Assembly: GCA_951406725.2 (NCBI GenBank)
Contig: OX597816.1
Location: 91,698,001 to 91,762,000 of the forward strand
Length of the DNA: 64,000 nt
Direction of reading: 5' to 3'
Origin: Octopus vulgaris
Taxonomy: Eukaryota
Made by a program: the position numbers and the translations under genes
Shown here: piece after piece, positions 1 through 13,327 of the stretch
Position numbering within the stretch: position 1 is the stretch's first letter
Layout of the letters: the number at the start of each line of letters is the position of its first letter
Notes under the pieces: generated by a model
The model's input: the letters and a program-made list of their open reading frames with translations, nothing else
Told to the model about the DNA's origin: nothing
The model's database searches: none

Positions 1-85
1 ATGAGAATTAATTCTGTAATGCAATCATTCTATTGTTCCAGTCCCATGTTGAATTCCAACTTTTGGCCAATTTGTCCCAAAGTTC
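1..85 (-). pseudogene. Possible degraded gag N-terminus running off the window edge
   Basis: Minus frame GQIGQKLEFNMGLEQ*NDCITEL loosely resembles Mag-type gag starts (G.I.EF....E.W..Y.ERL) and lies downstream of the PBS. Confidence 0.3.
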
Positions 86-167
86 TTATCTCGAAATAAA
101 ATTAATGAAGCAAATATCATTTATCTCCCACTTGATCTCTGACATCTTTTTTTTACCTTCATCTGTT

Positions 168-469
168 TCCCACTGTTGTGGAGCGCATGAAATTAGACTC
201 CTCATCACCATTGTTATGTCTTGTGAAACCTTCATTGCCACTGTTATATCTTGTATGTGTTTGAAATCTTCGTCAACAGGATTTTTAATATTATTTGTTC
301 AAATCCTTCTTTAATATTTTTACTGTGTGTAGTTCGAAATCCTTCTTCAACAGGATATTTGATATTTTTCTCAGCGTTGCCACTGTTGTATCTTCACTGC
401 ATGCATTCGAACATTCCTCATCTCCACTGTTGTGTCTTCACTGCGCGTAGTTCGAATCCTCATTGCCAC
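168..469 (-). repeat. Tandem array of LTR-end + primer-binding-site units
   Basis: About six copies of CCAYTGTT(A/G)T on + (near 170, 209, 238, 380, 424, 466), several preceded by a TTCGAA T-loop-like sequence. Confidence 0.6.
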
Positions 470-618
470 TGTTATGTCCTGCATTATAACAACATACTTC
501 ATCATCTGCATGACTGGCCTGAATGATGTACGTCAGCAGCTGACTCCACTCGTATCTGTCCACTAATTATTTGTGGTCAAATAGCCCACTTCTCTCACTC
601 AGGGTGTCCTCCACAACA
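470..618 (-). mobile_element. Short (~149 bp) 5' LTR of a Gypsy (Mag-like) retrotransposon
   Basis: Minus strand begins TGTTGTG and ends CATAACA (TG..CA, 6/7 inverted termini). It is followed by G and a PBS-like TGGCAATGAGGATTCGAAC. Confidence 0.6.
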
Positions 619-650
619 ATATATATATACACACACTCACACACACGTAC

Positions 651-683
<33 letters not shown>

Positions 684-702
684 TATATACATACGCACAT
701 AC

Positions 703-3585
703 ATCATCATCATCATCGTTCAACATCCGTTTTCCATGCTGGCATGATTTGGATGGTTTGACTGAGGTCTGGAGAGCCAGTGGCTGCACCAGGCTCCAAT
801 CTGAGCTGGCAATGTTTCTACAGCTGAATGCTCTTCCGAACGCCAACATCTCAGAGAGTGTAGTGGGTGTTTTTTATGTGCCACTGGCATAGGAACCAGT
901 CAGGCAGGCCTGGCATTGATTATGTTCAGATAGTGCTTTTTATGTGCCTGTCAGTGGGTACTGGCATTGGCCACATATGAATGGTGCTTTTTGCATGCCA
1001 CTGGCACGGGAGCCAGTCAGGGGGCACTGGCCACAGCCATGATATTGGTTTTCCTTGACCCAATGGGTCTTCTCATGCATATCATATCACCCGACAGTGG
1101 CTGCAATCTCACTTTAGTTGCTGGGTCTTCTCAATCACAGCATATCTCCAAAGGTCTTGGTCTCCTGTCATTGCCTCTGTGAGGCCCAATTTTCGAAGGT
1201 CATGCTTCACCAACTCATTCCATGTTTTCCTGGGTCTACCTCATCCAAAGGTGCCTTCCACAGTTAGGGAGTGGCATTTCCTCACACAGCTATCCTCATT
1301 CACATGCAAACCATGACCATACCGGCACAGTCATCTCTCTTGCCCACCACATCTGATGCTCCTTATGTCCAACTTTTCTCTCAGGGTGCTTACACTCTTG
1401 TGTATGTACCCTGACATTACACATCCAGCGGATCATACTAGCTGCATTTCTTTCAAGCCTACGCATGTCCTCAGTAATTGTGGTCCATGTTTCCCTGCTG
1501 TGTAGCATGGCATCGTACAGTCTACTTTTCATCCTGAGTGAGAGGCTCTTAGTCACCAGTAGAGGTAGGAGCTCCCAGAACTTTGCCTAGGCTATTCTTA
1601 TTCTAGCCACTACACTCTCAGAGCAACCACTCCCACTACAGACTTGGTCACCTAGGTAGCAGAAGCTATTAACTACTTCCAGTTTCTCCCCTGGCATGTG
1701 ATGGAATCTGTTTTCTGTACATCTTCAGTGTTTATTACATCTGTGCATCTGCCACACACAAAAATTATTTTCCCTGTTAACCTTTCTTTGATATTTCTGC
1801 ACATTTTATGTGTCCATAGGTTTACACCAGGTACATTGTATGGAGTTCCTACCTACACCTTTTCTACGGATTGAGCAAGGCCATCTACCTGAAGGGGTTT
1901 GTGATTTGATAGCCTTCCTACTTACTATGACTTTGGTTTTTGCTAGGTTAACTCCAAGGCCCTTCAATTCTAGACCTTGCTTCCACACCTGAATTTTCTT
2001 CTCTAGTTCTGGTAGTGACTCAGCTATTAAAGCAAGATCATCAGCACAGAGGAGCTCCCAGGGGTAGCCTGTCTTGAATTACTCTGTTATTGCGTGGAGA
2101 ACTATAATGAATAAGAGGGGACTGAGGCTAACTCTCTTCCTAATTAGTTGGGCTATGACCCTCTCAGTAACTTTCATCACCTGATCCAATAATTTGATAC
2201 CCCTATAGTTATTTCTGTTTAAGGCATCACCTTTACCCTTGTAGTAGTTGACTATGGTGCTGCTACACCAGTCATTGGATATGACTCCTTCATGAACTAC
2301 CTGATTTGCAATACAAGTGACAAGACCATAACCCACACTGCCCAATATTTTAAGCATCTCAGCATTGATTCCTGGTGGTCCAGGTGCCTTCCCTGTCTTC
2401 ATATTCTTAATTGCTTTATCTACCAGTGTACTGTTGATTCGGGTAGCTGGTCCCTCAATTGGGTCAACCTTTGGCAGACTCTCCTCCTCCCATTCAATCT
2501 CCACATTCAGCAGCCTTTCATAATGGCATCTCCAAGCCTCTTTCTTTGCAGAATCATTAAACGCAAGGGCACCATCATCCATGGGGACATGCCTCTCCTA
2601 TGACATCACTGTTTTCCCTCACATACTGTCTTGCAATCCGAAATGCTTCAGTTCTCTGGTCCTCACATTGCTGAACATTGGTAAACTATTTCTTTTCTGC
2701 TACTCCCTTGGCTATATATACCTGTCTCCTAGCTTTCCTTTTGGCTATCTGATACATTCTCCTGCTACCCCCACTCTTCCAGGCCTTCCAAGCCTGTTTC
2801 TTTTCTCTAATGGCCCTGTCTAGAATATTGTTCCACGACCATGTTACCCTAGGTCTGGAAGTGACATTGCACCAGCTGCAGATTTGGTCTGTGGCACTCA
2901 ACAAGCTGTCTCGCAGGAATTCCCAGCTGCCTTCTATCTCACAAGACTATAGCTCCTCCTCTCTACCATCAAATTTCTCGGTAAGGATATCCCTAAATCT
3001 CTGATCATGTGAAAGGTTCTTAAGCTTCCAAAGCCTTCTTTTCCAGATTGGTCTGCTTTTTGGCATACTTCTGGCCTCGAGTCTCAAGTCACTAATAACT
3101 AGTCTATGTTGCAGGGTACATTCTTCACCAGGGAGGGTCTTTGTATTTAAGAGCAACCATGCATCCTGCTCTCTGGTGAGAATGAAATCAATCTGGCCAA
3201 CAGAGTCACCTGATTGATAGTTTATCAGGTGGCTAGCTGGCTTCCTGGAGTTGGTGTAGCAGATTAATAGGTTATTTGTATCACAGAACTCCAGGAGCCT
3301 AGTTCCTTCTTCATTTCTGGTAGCAACTCCATGGTCCCCATGTACACCATGGAAGATGTACACCACAAAGACAAGATCATTGTCACTCGCCTTTGAGGTA
3401 GCCTGCAGAAGAATATCATAAAAGTGATCCTTCTGTTCATTTGGTAGGCCTGCTTGTGGGGCGTAGGCAGAGATAATTGTAGCTATACTATTCTGCAAGA
3501 CTAGCCTGAGTTTAATACTCTATCACACACACCCTCACTACCTCTATGACTTATCCACCCATTTCTCTGCAAGAAGTATGCCCAT
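703..3585 (-). mobile_element. RTE-clade LINE, 5'-truncated, internally deleted and frameshifted
   Basis: APE motifs SAYAPQ, N.EG.RLLEFC, IDFIL, QHRLV.SD. RT motifs KAPGP.GI.AEMLK, NYRGIKLL, SPLLF, PWELLCADD. 3' UTR ends in a (GAT)n tail. Confidence 0.92.
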
Positions 3586-3773
3586 AGGCGCAGGAGTGGC
3601 TGTGTGGTAAGTACCTTGCTTACTAACCACATGGTTCCGGATGCAGTCCCACTGCGTGGCATCTTGGGCAAGTGTCTTCTGCTATAGCCTCGGGCCGACC
3701 AATGCCTTGTGAGTGGATTTGGTAGACGGAAACTGAAAGAAGCCTGTCGTATATATGTATATATATGTATATA

Positions 3774-3855
<82 letters not shown>

Positions 3856-4061
3856 TGTGTCTGTGTTTGTCCCCCTAGCATTGTTTGACAACCGATGCTG
3901 GTGTGTTTACGTCCCTGTCACTTAGCAGTTCGGCAAAAGAGACCGATAGAATAAGTACTGGGCTTACAAAGAATAAGTCCTGGGGTTGATTTGCTCGACT
4001 AAAGGCGGTGCTCCAGCATGGCCGCAGTCAAATGACTGAAACAAGTAAAAGAGTAAAAGAG
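3586..4061 (+). mobile_element. tRNA-derived SINE family A (full length, internal TA/TG microsatellite)
   Basis: A-box TGGCTGTGTGG, degenerate B-box, conserved body and (GTAAAAGA)n tail; many copies in the window. Confidence 0.9.
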
Positions 4062-4124
4062 TATATATATATATATACATATATGTATATATTATATCTT
4101 TGTGTGTATATATATATGTGTGTG

Positions 4125-4156
<32 letters not shown>

Positions 4157-4187
4157 CGTGTGTGTGTGTGCGTATATATATACACAC

Positions 4188-4408
4188 AAGGCAGAAACGT
4201 TAGCATGCCGGGCGAAGTGCTTAGCGGTATTTCGTCTGTCATTACGTTCTGAGTTCAAATTCTGCTGAGGTCGTCTTTGCCTTTCATCCTTTCAGGGTCG
4301 ATAAATAAAGTACCAGTTTCGCACTGGGGTCGATGTAATCGACTTAATCCCTTTGTCTGTCCTTGTTTGTTCCCTCTATGTTTAGCCCCTTGTGGGTAGT
4401 AAAGAAAT
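4188..4408 (+). mobile_element. SINE family B (core GCCTTTCATCCTTTC.GGGTCGATAAA..AAGTACCAG)
   Basis: B-box-like GAGTTCAAAT; the same core recurs near 13180, 23480, 38165 and 62110 (minus). Confidence 0.8.
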
Positions 4409-4652
4409 ATATATATATATATGTATATTTATGTATATATATGTATTTGTATATATATATATATATATATATATAGAACTATACACATACATATAGTGTG
4501 GCATGTATGTGTAATAGTGCCCTCTATATATAAATTAATATGTTCAATAAGAAAGAATTATTTTCGAAATTTTTTCTTTTATGAGGTTTTTCACGCTATC
4601 TACCCGATAATTTCTTGTTAAGTTTTCCTTATTAAGAGGTTGTCCTTAATTG

Positions 4653-4700
<48 letters not shown>

Positions 4701-4711
4701 GTATGTATATA

Positions 4712-4754
<43 letters not shown>

Positions 4755-4989
4755 GCATGTATATATTAGCTGTTGGACCCAGCGTTACTTGTGTTTTCCG
4801 TGTTGAAGTTAAGCCCACCTCTGACCTTGTAATGAAATCTTCTACATTCCCTGTGCCAACTATTACCCATTAAGATGCTATGTCTGGTTCAGCAGGCTGT
4901 TGCAGGATAAGTAGACGTGTGGCAGGTAGAAGAAAAAATGGTCAGAGCAGGTGACAGAGTTTTGTTGACAGAGTGGGTTCTTGCAGATA

Positions 4990-5401
4990 CCACATTTCTG
5001 AGAGTGACACTTGTGGCAGGTCTTCCAGATTGCTCATCATCTTCCAGGGCTGTTCTTCCACTATTAAAGTGCTTGTGCCACTCGAAACATTGCGTATGAC
5101 CCATTGCCTTGTCGCCATAAGCTTATCAAAACATGCTGAATGTCTCTGTAGCAGACTTCCCAAGTTTAATACAAAATTTCACATTGGCTCTTTGTTTCTG
5201 TCCACAACAAATTCGCAGACTACAGCATACACATACCCACAAAAACACAAATTTCACAACTTGCCAAGTAAACAAAACAATATCACTTGGTACACTACTT
5301 CATGAAGGTCACTGCTAGCTCTCACTGCATACACAACTGTTTGCTGCCATCTCTTAGCACACTACAAAATTAGTCTGGTAACTTTTTGATACTACCTTGT
5401 A
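4990..5401 (-). mobile_element. Mariner transposon 5' fragment
   Basis: HTH segment FEWHKHFNSGRTALEDDEQSGRP; TIR-like TACAAGGTAGTATCAAAAAGTT at 5401. Confidence 0.8.
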
Positions 5402-5404
5402 CAT

Positions 5405-5558
5405 CCCCTGTAACTTATTTTACCAAAAGAGACTGATAAAATAAGTACCAGGCTTTAAAAAAGACTAAGTACTGAGATTGACTTGTTTGACTTACACCCT
5501 TTATGATGGTGCCCCAGCATGGCCACAGTTCAGTGACTGAAACAAGTAAAAGATAAGA
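5405..5558 (+). mobile_element. SINE A 3' fragment
   Basis: CCCAGCATGGCCACAG..GACTGAAACAAGTAAAAGA tail. Confidence 0.75.
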
Positions 5559-8109
5559 ATATATAAATCCTCATTTATTTATTTGTTTGTTTCTTAATAC
5601 ATTTACAAAAAAATAACCATAAATACATATTTCTTTGTATCTGATAATAGCAGACACCCAAAATGCAAGAGAAACTATGAATTATGTCAGTTATCTCATT
5701 ATGTTAGTACACATATAATGAGTAGCTGACTGAAATTGTCATTGAAATACTACTTTCATATGTGGCATAAAATTGCTGCTAAAACAATGTACAAAAGAAA
5801 AAAGGGATATATGTAATAGGAAAATATTCCTCTTATGATCCAACAAATGGAGCATTCTACTAAAAGCTTCTACCCTTATATAATTATTTAGGACAGCAAA
5901 TAAACACTGCTGTAGAGGTTAGCTGTCCAGCAGATGCAAATATTTCATTTAAAATCAGTAACACTGCAAACATTAAACCCAGATTATAAGTTTACATTTG
6001 TAATGATAATCATTGAGGTACTTGGTTATGTTACAAATTGTTTAAATAACAAGCTGACTTTCCAACAAAGAAATAAACCATCAGACACAGCAACTCTCAA
6101 GTGAGAGGCACTTGGCTCCCAGGGGTAGAATTTCAAATCTAAAGAAAAGAATTTTAGCCAGTGAAGGAATTGGAGAAGAATGTTAAATCTAAGGTAAGGA
6201 ATTTTAGCCAGTGGAGAATTGGATAGGAATTTCAATCAAAGAATGATCTCCAAACTGAAAAAGAATGTATCTTGTGCACTTTATATATCAAATGAAATAT
6301 CAATATACACAACTATCAAGACAATCACAAGCCAACATTTCTCGAAAAGGAATTGCTGCTTCAGATTTAATCCCATTTGGGATGATCACTTATTGAGATT
6401 TAGGAAACCTGCTCATGGTCATATGATATTCAAGTTCAGCAAATGCTTTTGACTTTTTCATTTACATACTTAGTTAAGTGTGCTTTTAGTGCTGTTGTGC
6501 ATATACTGATTAAAAAAAACAAGAATGTATCAACATTTGTGAATGTAGGGACCTTTGAGCAAAACTAACTGGATTTGTTCTTTGGGTATTCTTGTTTAAT
6601 TTTTCTGCACTCAGTCCAAAATGGACATTAAATTAAAGGGAAGTTTTTATGATCCATTGAAATAAAGATTTCTTTTTTTATATATATAAATATATGATTT
6701 TAATTAAAATTATTAGTTTCAGAAATTTTTTTGCAATAAATGCCACTGTAAAAGTGTAATGGTGCAAAAATTACAAAATGACAAATCAAAATGGGGAGGA
6801 ACTGAAAAAACTTTGGATCCCATGGGGAGGAATGTATCTGGACACTGAAAACCACTGATTTGGCACATATTCTACAAATTCAGTCTGTAAGCAGAAGAAT
6901 GAAAATATGCCAGACTCTTCTACAAGTCAGCATAACATCCTTTGTTATAGTTCTTATCTAAATTCTAGAAACCAATTTCTTCTTAAAGGACATTTTCAAA
7001 AAATTAAAAATAAGAAATATTCATAAAATCTTATATACAGGATTCTAGCCTCTCCCATAACGACTGATGTCACAATTTAATGTTTATAATTTTGCAGTTT
7101 AATAACAAAAAATATAGATATGAACTAGAGAGGCCTTTAAATACTCATAGAAGTAAATGTTATGTTAGCTATATCACAATTCTATGATAGTCATTACACT
7201 TATAATATTTTTTTCATTATAACATGATGCTCTTGAAAAAGCAATGATATCTATAGAAATTACTTCCTTATATGATAGAAACATTACACTGAAATCTCTG
7301 CTCAACATATTTGATAATATCACCAAAGAAAAAAACAAGTCGGGTCCAATCAGTTACTCAATAAAAATTGTTATTTCTTCCAATGTCAATAAAAACAAAA
7401 TTATTTGTGGACAGTTGTTTTGGAATCTAGAATGTCTATAATCTGATTGAAGGACAACATTCATACCTATAATCAATGAAGTTCTTGGTTATATTAGAAA
7501 ATACTTAAGCAATAAGCAAAAGTTTTTGTTGACAAAAGTAAAAAAAATCTTGAAAGTCAAATTCTATTAAATTTAGTCAGTATGTAGGGAAGATAGCAAA
7601 AAATAAGCAAATGTTTTCTATGATTTTGTATAAAACTTTACACAGTTCATGCTGCAGAATTCCAGGGAAGTTTACTTTTAGTTTGTTATTTAATTATGAA
7701 CCATCTTATTTGTGGACAAAAGTTAAAAAATATGATGACACAGATATATACAGAAATAACTAAAAGTAGTTTCTGAAAAAGAAAATACCAGCTACATAAC
7801 TAATAACTAATAACAAGGCTAAATAAAACGTTAAGAGCTAATCAAACCTTGTTTTGAAACATTTAAAAAAAAATCCTGTAACTTAAAACAGTGGGAAATA
7901 ATTTGACAGAAAGGAAATAGTTGTGACCTTGATAAATTAAAAGAAACAGGAACATGGTATTATTTGGTATTGTAAAAATATGAATAAGTAGAAATTTGAA
8001 ACTACATGCATAATGTAATAAGAACCCAAGCATCTTACGAAAACAAATCCTCAGTTTTTCAAATATTGATTTGTTGCATAGGCACAAAGTCATAAGCGTA
8101 GTTGGTTAA

Positions 8110-8329
8110 CCCTTTAACAATTAAACAATTATAAACCAAAATATTCTACCAGTTTTATGTTGAAACCAGCCAGATCCAGCCTCTCACACCTACCCTACAA
8201 TGTCATTATAGAAATAAACAATATCATCATCAAAATTTCAAAGCTAATTTCAAGATAATGCATTATTAATTAAAAACAATGTGAATAAATAAGCATTACA
8301 TTTGAAAGAGTAATATGAATGCTTAAGGA
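8110..8329. mobile_element. piggyBac-like MITE
   Basis: TTAA|CCCTTTAACAATT at the left; degenerate AATGCTTAAGGA|TTGA at the right. Confidence 0.55.
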
Positions 8330-9760
8330 TTGAATTGGTCTAGTATTTAGCTGGTTCTTATTTTAATGGCCCTAGTATATTGAAAAACAAGATGATCCCA
8401 ACCATTTTACATTTATAGGTGCTTATCTCTTCGCTGCAAAACAATGACAAATATTTATAGTTACAGCATTTGTGTGTCTGTCAGAAAATAACCCTCTTTC
8501 TATCCTAAGGATAATATGCATATGATATGGCAATGAGACAGATGCTTTTGGCTGTGTGCAGAGGCATTGCCTTTGCTCATATGATCTTATCAGGATCATG
8601 AATTGGCAATACAGGATGGTATTAAAGAAATGCTAAGTGATCTACTGGTTTCAGTACTATGCTTAACTTTACCTACATGCCTAGTTTGAGGTTGAATAAT
8701 CCTACCAGAATAACTTGCTCTAGATACACTACATAAAGTTTAAAATATTCAATGATGCTTCAATGATTTAAAGGGTTATGGGACTCAATGTGATACCTCA
8801 ATGAACCTAAAAGTTCAGTCATAACTGATGACAACCTCAATTATACTAGAATATAAAGTCAAACAAGTTAGACTAATATAATAATGTTTGCATGCTCCAT
8901 GACCTCCACATTTAAGAATATAATGAAATAAAAAAAAAGTATTATATACCTCTTAGTTTATAAACTCTTTGATAAACACTCACTTAAGAAATTCTAATGT
9001 TCTATTTCTTACTTTTCAGAATTTGACTGTCTGCATCAGTTTTCACATTCACTATCCTTGTGACATTTTGTTTCTGTTATATATCATATGTTTTACTATC
9101 TTTTATCATTCAGTTTTCCTTCAGAAATACAATAATATAAAAGTTTTTCCTGCTGTAGTATATCAACTGGAATTCTAGCCATAAAGCATTTCCTTTTTAT
9201 TTCTCCTTATCCAGCTGTTACACAGCCTATTGAATTGACTTAATTTCCTTTCAGAAAAATGCATTTACTAAAACATAACTTTTCACTATGCACAAGTTAT
9301 TTTTAGCTTCTCCTCAAAAAACAACTTTACTTTGAAGAAGGGTCTTGCTTGAAATGTTAAATATTCTTTCCCAGCACAGCAACAAACCTACTTTATGTTC
9401 TCTTATGACCCTATTCTTACATACTCACAGAATTGCTAACAGATTGTCACAACTAATATTGTAAACTAATTTTTCACACACACACACACACACACTGATA
9501 TTGATGTTAATAACTAATACAAGCAATATACTAATTTTGTATTGAGGCAATAGCTGAACATTAGTTTTATATTTAGGAAGAAGTTTTAATATAACTTTTA
9601 AATTTCAAAACAAGCTATTAGTTTTAAGATGACACTGACCATCTAGAAAGTGATATGTATATTCTTTCTCATAAATCTATTTCTGTTTCATGTAAGTCTT
9701 CCAGGTTTACATGGATGATAACAGGGTATCATCAGTGAAATGGAAAAAAAGCCCATATAT

Positions 9761-9779
9761 ACATACACACACACACACA

Positions 9780-9850
<71 letters not shown>

Positions 9851-9863
9851 ACACACACACACA
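9761..9863. repeat. (CA)n microsatellite
   Basis: ~100 bp near-pure CA tract. Confidence 0.95.
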
Positions 9864-10439
9864 TTGTGTTACAGTCTGGATGTCCTTCCTAGCAACCAGT
9901 TCCTTCAGGCATTATCTATAAATAAATTATGAATATGCAACATCTTTTTTCAGAAAAATATATTTGATAAATAAATATAAGCAAGAAATGATAAGATTTT
10001 GCAGCAATTGAAGTAGAAACCAGTGAATATGGCTTGATATGTAACACAGGGAAAAGATGACAAATATTGAATTAAAAAATGCAGTGAATTCTGGTGGAAG
10101 ATATCTAAAGTAAAAGCTGATTAAAGATGACATGAAGGAACTAGGTAAGAGAAAATCTGAGGATGTTGGACCACAACAAATGAGTTGATGTAATATTAAA
10201 ATATCTGAAGATATATTATCCTGTAAATTTTTCCAGCAGAGAAATGATGATGATGACACAGCTGCCAACACTGCCAATGACAACGATACAATTTTATTTA
10301 TCAATTCTGATGTAAATATTTACTGCAAAATAATATTGATAATTATATTTTCATCATCAACATCAAAGTTTTATGACAGACGTCATGTCACCTACTTTAA
10401 CATCATTACTACTTGACTTTTGGATTACTTTAGTAGAGT

Positions 10440-11830
10440 CCATTCTATATAAACACCCAGTCTCAGTCTCTGTTTTGAGGATAACTTCTCCCCTTCCTCC
10501 CTAAAGATGTTATGGGTAATACCTTGTTGACTTGGGTAAGCTGGGTTCATGTTGCCTCTGTGCTTGCAAAAATTTATCTGTAGTATGGTGTTGCAATTTT
10601 TCTTGACTATGCTGGATCTATGAACTGTACTCATGTTGAAAAAGTCTCCTCATTTGCTGCCCACTTTGCAGTCAGCAACATACAGCACACATTCAGTCAA
10701 TCATCTCAAAACTATCCCTATGCTCTCCAACAGGTTCACCACCTTCTACACATACACGCCAAGTATGAAGACACCACTGGTTGCTTCAGACTAATGTGGC
10801 TACTGCCTTTGATATTGTTATTTCCATTACTCTCAAAGAATGTAACCCAGACTTAGCCCCTGTCCTTCCCAAAGAATTCTACTCTTTCTACAATGATATA
10901 TCCAAATTCAGGGAAACATATGAGATTATGTCTCATTCTTAACAAGAGCAACTTCTCTGACTTCACCATTGTTCCATTGCATTCCTTTCCAATATCCCAA
11001 AGATGATGGTGATAGCCTTTAACAACAATCCTCTTCCATACCTTGGGTTCCTCTCCCATCTTAACATCTACCAGTGCAACTTTCATAAAGCATCTATTTG
11101 GAAACCTCCAATTCTTTACCACTCACAGAGAGCCTTTACCCTGAAAAAAATTTGGTGGAAATAATTTTGTTATACCTAATGTATTCAATATCGAATAGTC
11201 ATAAGTCCACCTATGGACACCATTCATCTCCCATCTCTTGGATTGATGATCTATTATGGTATGTGCTGATACAGATCTCTGGGCCTACATCAAATCTGAT
11301 GTGCACCAAGGTTCAATTTTGTCCTCCATGTTCTTTCAATACACCAAAAAGTTTTTTGTATTCACCTTCAGCAAAGCCTCCACCTATGTAGATGATGCTA
11401 TTCTGCATTTCATTCTAAACTTTCACATAAAAGCATTGTCTGCATACAACCAATATACCTTAAGTCACCTACACTGACTCCATAAACAGATACTTCTAAA
11501 ACCTTTTTTTAGTGGGTTGTGCTAATCTTGTTTCTGTCAACTACACAGAGACACAATCACTAATTATATCATGACCACAATTTTGCACACTGCTCTCACA
11601 TTTAGCATGGTGCTACAGCTATACATACAAAAATCCTTCACCACATCTAGAAAAAAGGTTACTCGATTGATTGATATGAAGGCATACTCTTATTTCTAGC
11701 TTTTCTATCAATATAAAAGTGAACTCTGATGTTTGACAATGGCTGGCCTCATGGCATTTCTCAAACATTCTTGACTTACATGTATCTTCATCTCTCATTA
11801 CCCATGTTGTGTTCACCATCCCATTAGCAC
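10440..11830 (+). mobile_element. Old CR1/L2-superclade LINE relic
   Basis: Degenerate RT motifs DVHQGSILSSMFF (GVPQGS.L.P.LF) and STYVDDAILH (YADD); upstream EK...FAAHFA-like segment. Confidence 0.6.
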
Positions 11831-11892
11831 CACCAAACTAACTTCTTCCTCAGAACATTGGCCAGCTAAAATCCCTTCCTATGTGGTTATCT

Positions 11893-12338
11893 TTGTTGTT
11901 GTTGTTGTCATTTAACATCCACTTTTCTTTACTTGCATAGGTAAAATAGAATTCGTTAAAGTAGCTTTTGTATACCCAAATGTCCTTCTTCTCACCTACC
12001 TTCATCTGTTTCCATGCAAGGTAATATTTCCCATAGCCAGAAACATTTTCCATAGAAAACTGGAAAGATACAAAATTGCTTGTATGATCACAGTGACATT
12101 CCGTTACAGCTATAACATGTTATTAAGACAAGGTATACCCAAACACACACAAACATACACATATACATTTATATTATGGGCTTCTTTCAGTTTCCATCCA
12201 TCAAATCTACTCACAAGGATTTGGTCAGCCTGAGACCATACCAGAAGACATATGCCTAATGTGTCCCACAGTGGGACTGAACTTGAAACCACGTGGTTAG
12301 GAAGCAATCTTTTGAACCACACAGCTACACCTATGCCT
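11893..12338 (-). mobile_element. SINE variant A2: family A tRNA head with a different body and an RTE-type tail
   Basis: Head matches family A; 3' end GGATGTTAAATGAC(AAC)n resembles the RTE tail. The body recurs at ~47320-47560 (+). Confidence 0.7.
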
Positions 12339-12366
12339 ATGTTTTATTTATTTCTTTATATCACAG

Positions 12367-12515
12367 CTGTCAACTTGTGTTATTCAATGAGAACATTAAT
12401 GTTGTCAGTCTCACCAATGTCAGAGAAGCTGAAAACATCATGAGCAGACTGCCTTTCTCCAGACAAAACCAAACAGTATCAAAGGCTCTTTGTAAATTTA
12501 AAGAAATTCTTTCAA
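12367..12515 (+). CDS. Candidate isolated internal exon of unknown gene
   Basis: Pyrimidine-rich acceptor ...tttctttatatcacag and donor A|gtaagt flank an open frame CQLVLFNENINVVSLTNVREAENIMSRLPFSRQNQTVSKALCKFKEILS; no recognised homology. Confidence 0.3.
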
Positions 12516-13111
12516 GTAAGTTCTAAAGCTTGTGTAGTTCAGTTACTCGTTACTTAATTTACTGAAAATATTTCAGGTTTTATCTCTAGCATTGCTTACG
12601 ATTCTACATCAAGTATAAATACTAAATTACCCAGCATACAAAATGACAGAGTATATATAGTGTAAATGGGTAGAGTAAACATTCAAACATTGTCACTATC
12701 TTTGCTAATCCTGCTGCATTTTACCTGGAATTTTTGGTCCTCCAAAATCATCTTGGTGAATGAATCAAACTACCTTTTTTTGGGTTGTTAATTTTGGTCT
12801 GAAAAATTTGACTTGCATGCTGGAAAATATAGTATGTTTTAAGTTTATAAATATGTTGTAGCTACATGCAATGCTTCTACATGCTGCATTGTTTAGTAAT
12901 CAAGCGTTATAGGATTATAACTATGTCAATATGTTACTTTTGGTATTTTGGTTTTGACCAAGCTGACTTTTTATACCTTTTGGAATGGAGATAATTTTTC
13001 CAGGGTTGAAAGGGTCTTAAAAAAATATGTAATAAAGTAATATGAGTATGTGAGTGTATTTGTATGTGTGCGTGTGTATATGTGTGTGTGGAGGGGGTGC
13101 ATGCATGTATG

Positions 13112-13156
<45 letters not shown>

Positions 13157-13174
13157 ATATATGTGCATATAGTT

Positions 13175-13325
13175 TAGGGCAGCAAGCTAGCAGAATTGTT
13201 AGCATGCCAAACAAAATGCTTAGTGGCATTTCATCTATCTTTACATTTTGAGTTCAAAATCCATTGAGGTTGGCTTTACCTTTCATCCTTTTGGGGGTTG
13301 ATAAAAATAAGTATCAGTTGAGCGA
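13175..13325 (+). mobile_element. SINE family B
   Basis: Same head and core as the copy at 4188. Confidence 0.75.
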
Positions 13326-13327
13326 TA

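Noticed and set aside
168-469. CRISPR-like repeat-spacer array
   Set aside because: Eukaryotic context, irregular spacing and no cas genes; better explained as LTR/PBS repeats.
3586-3662. tRNA gene
   Set aside because: SINE head with A/B boxes but no complete cloverleaf; continues into the SINE body.
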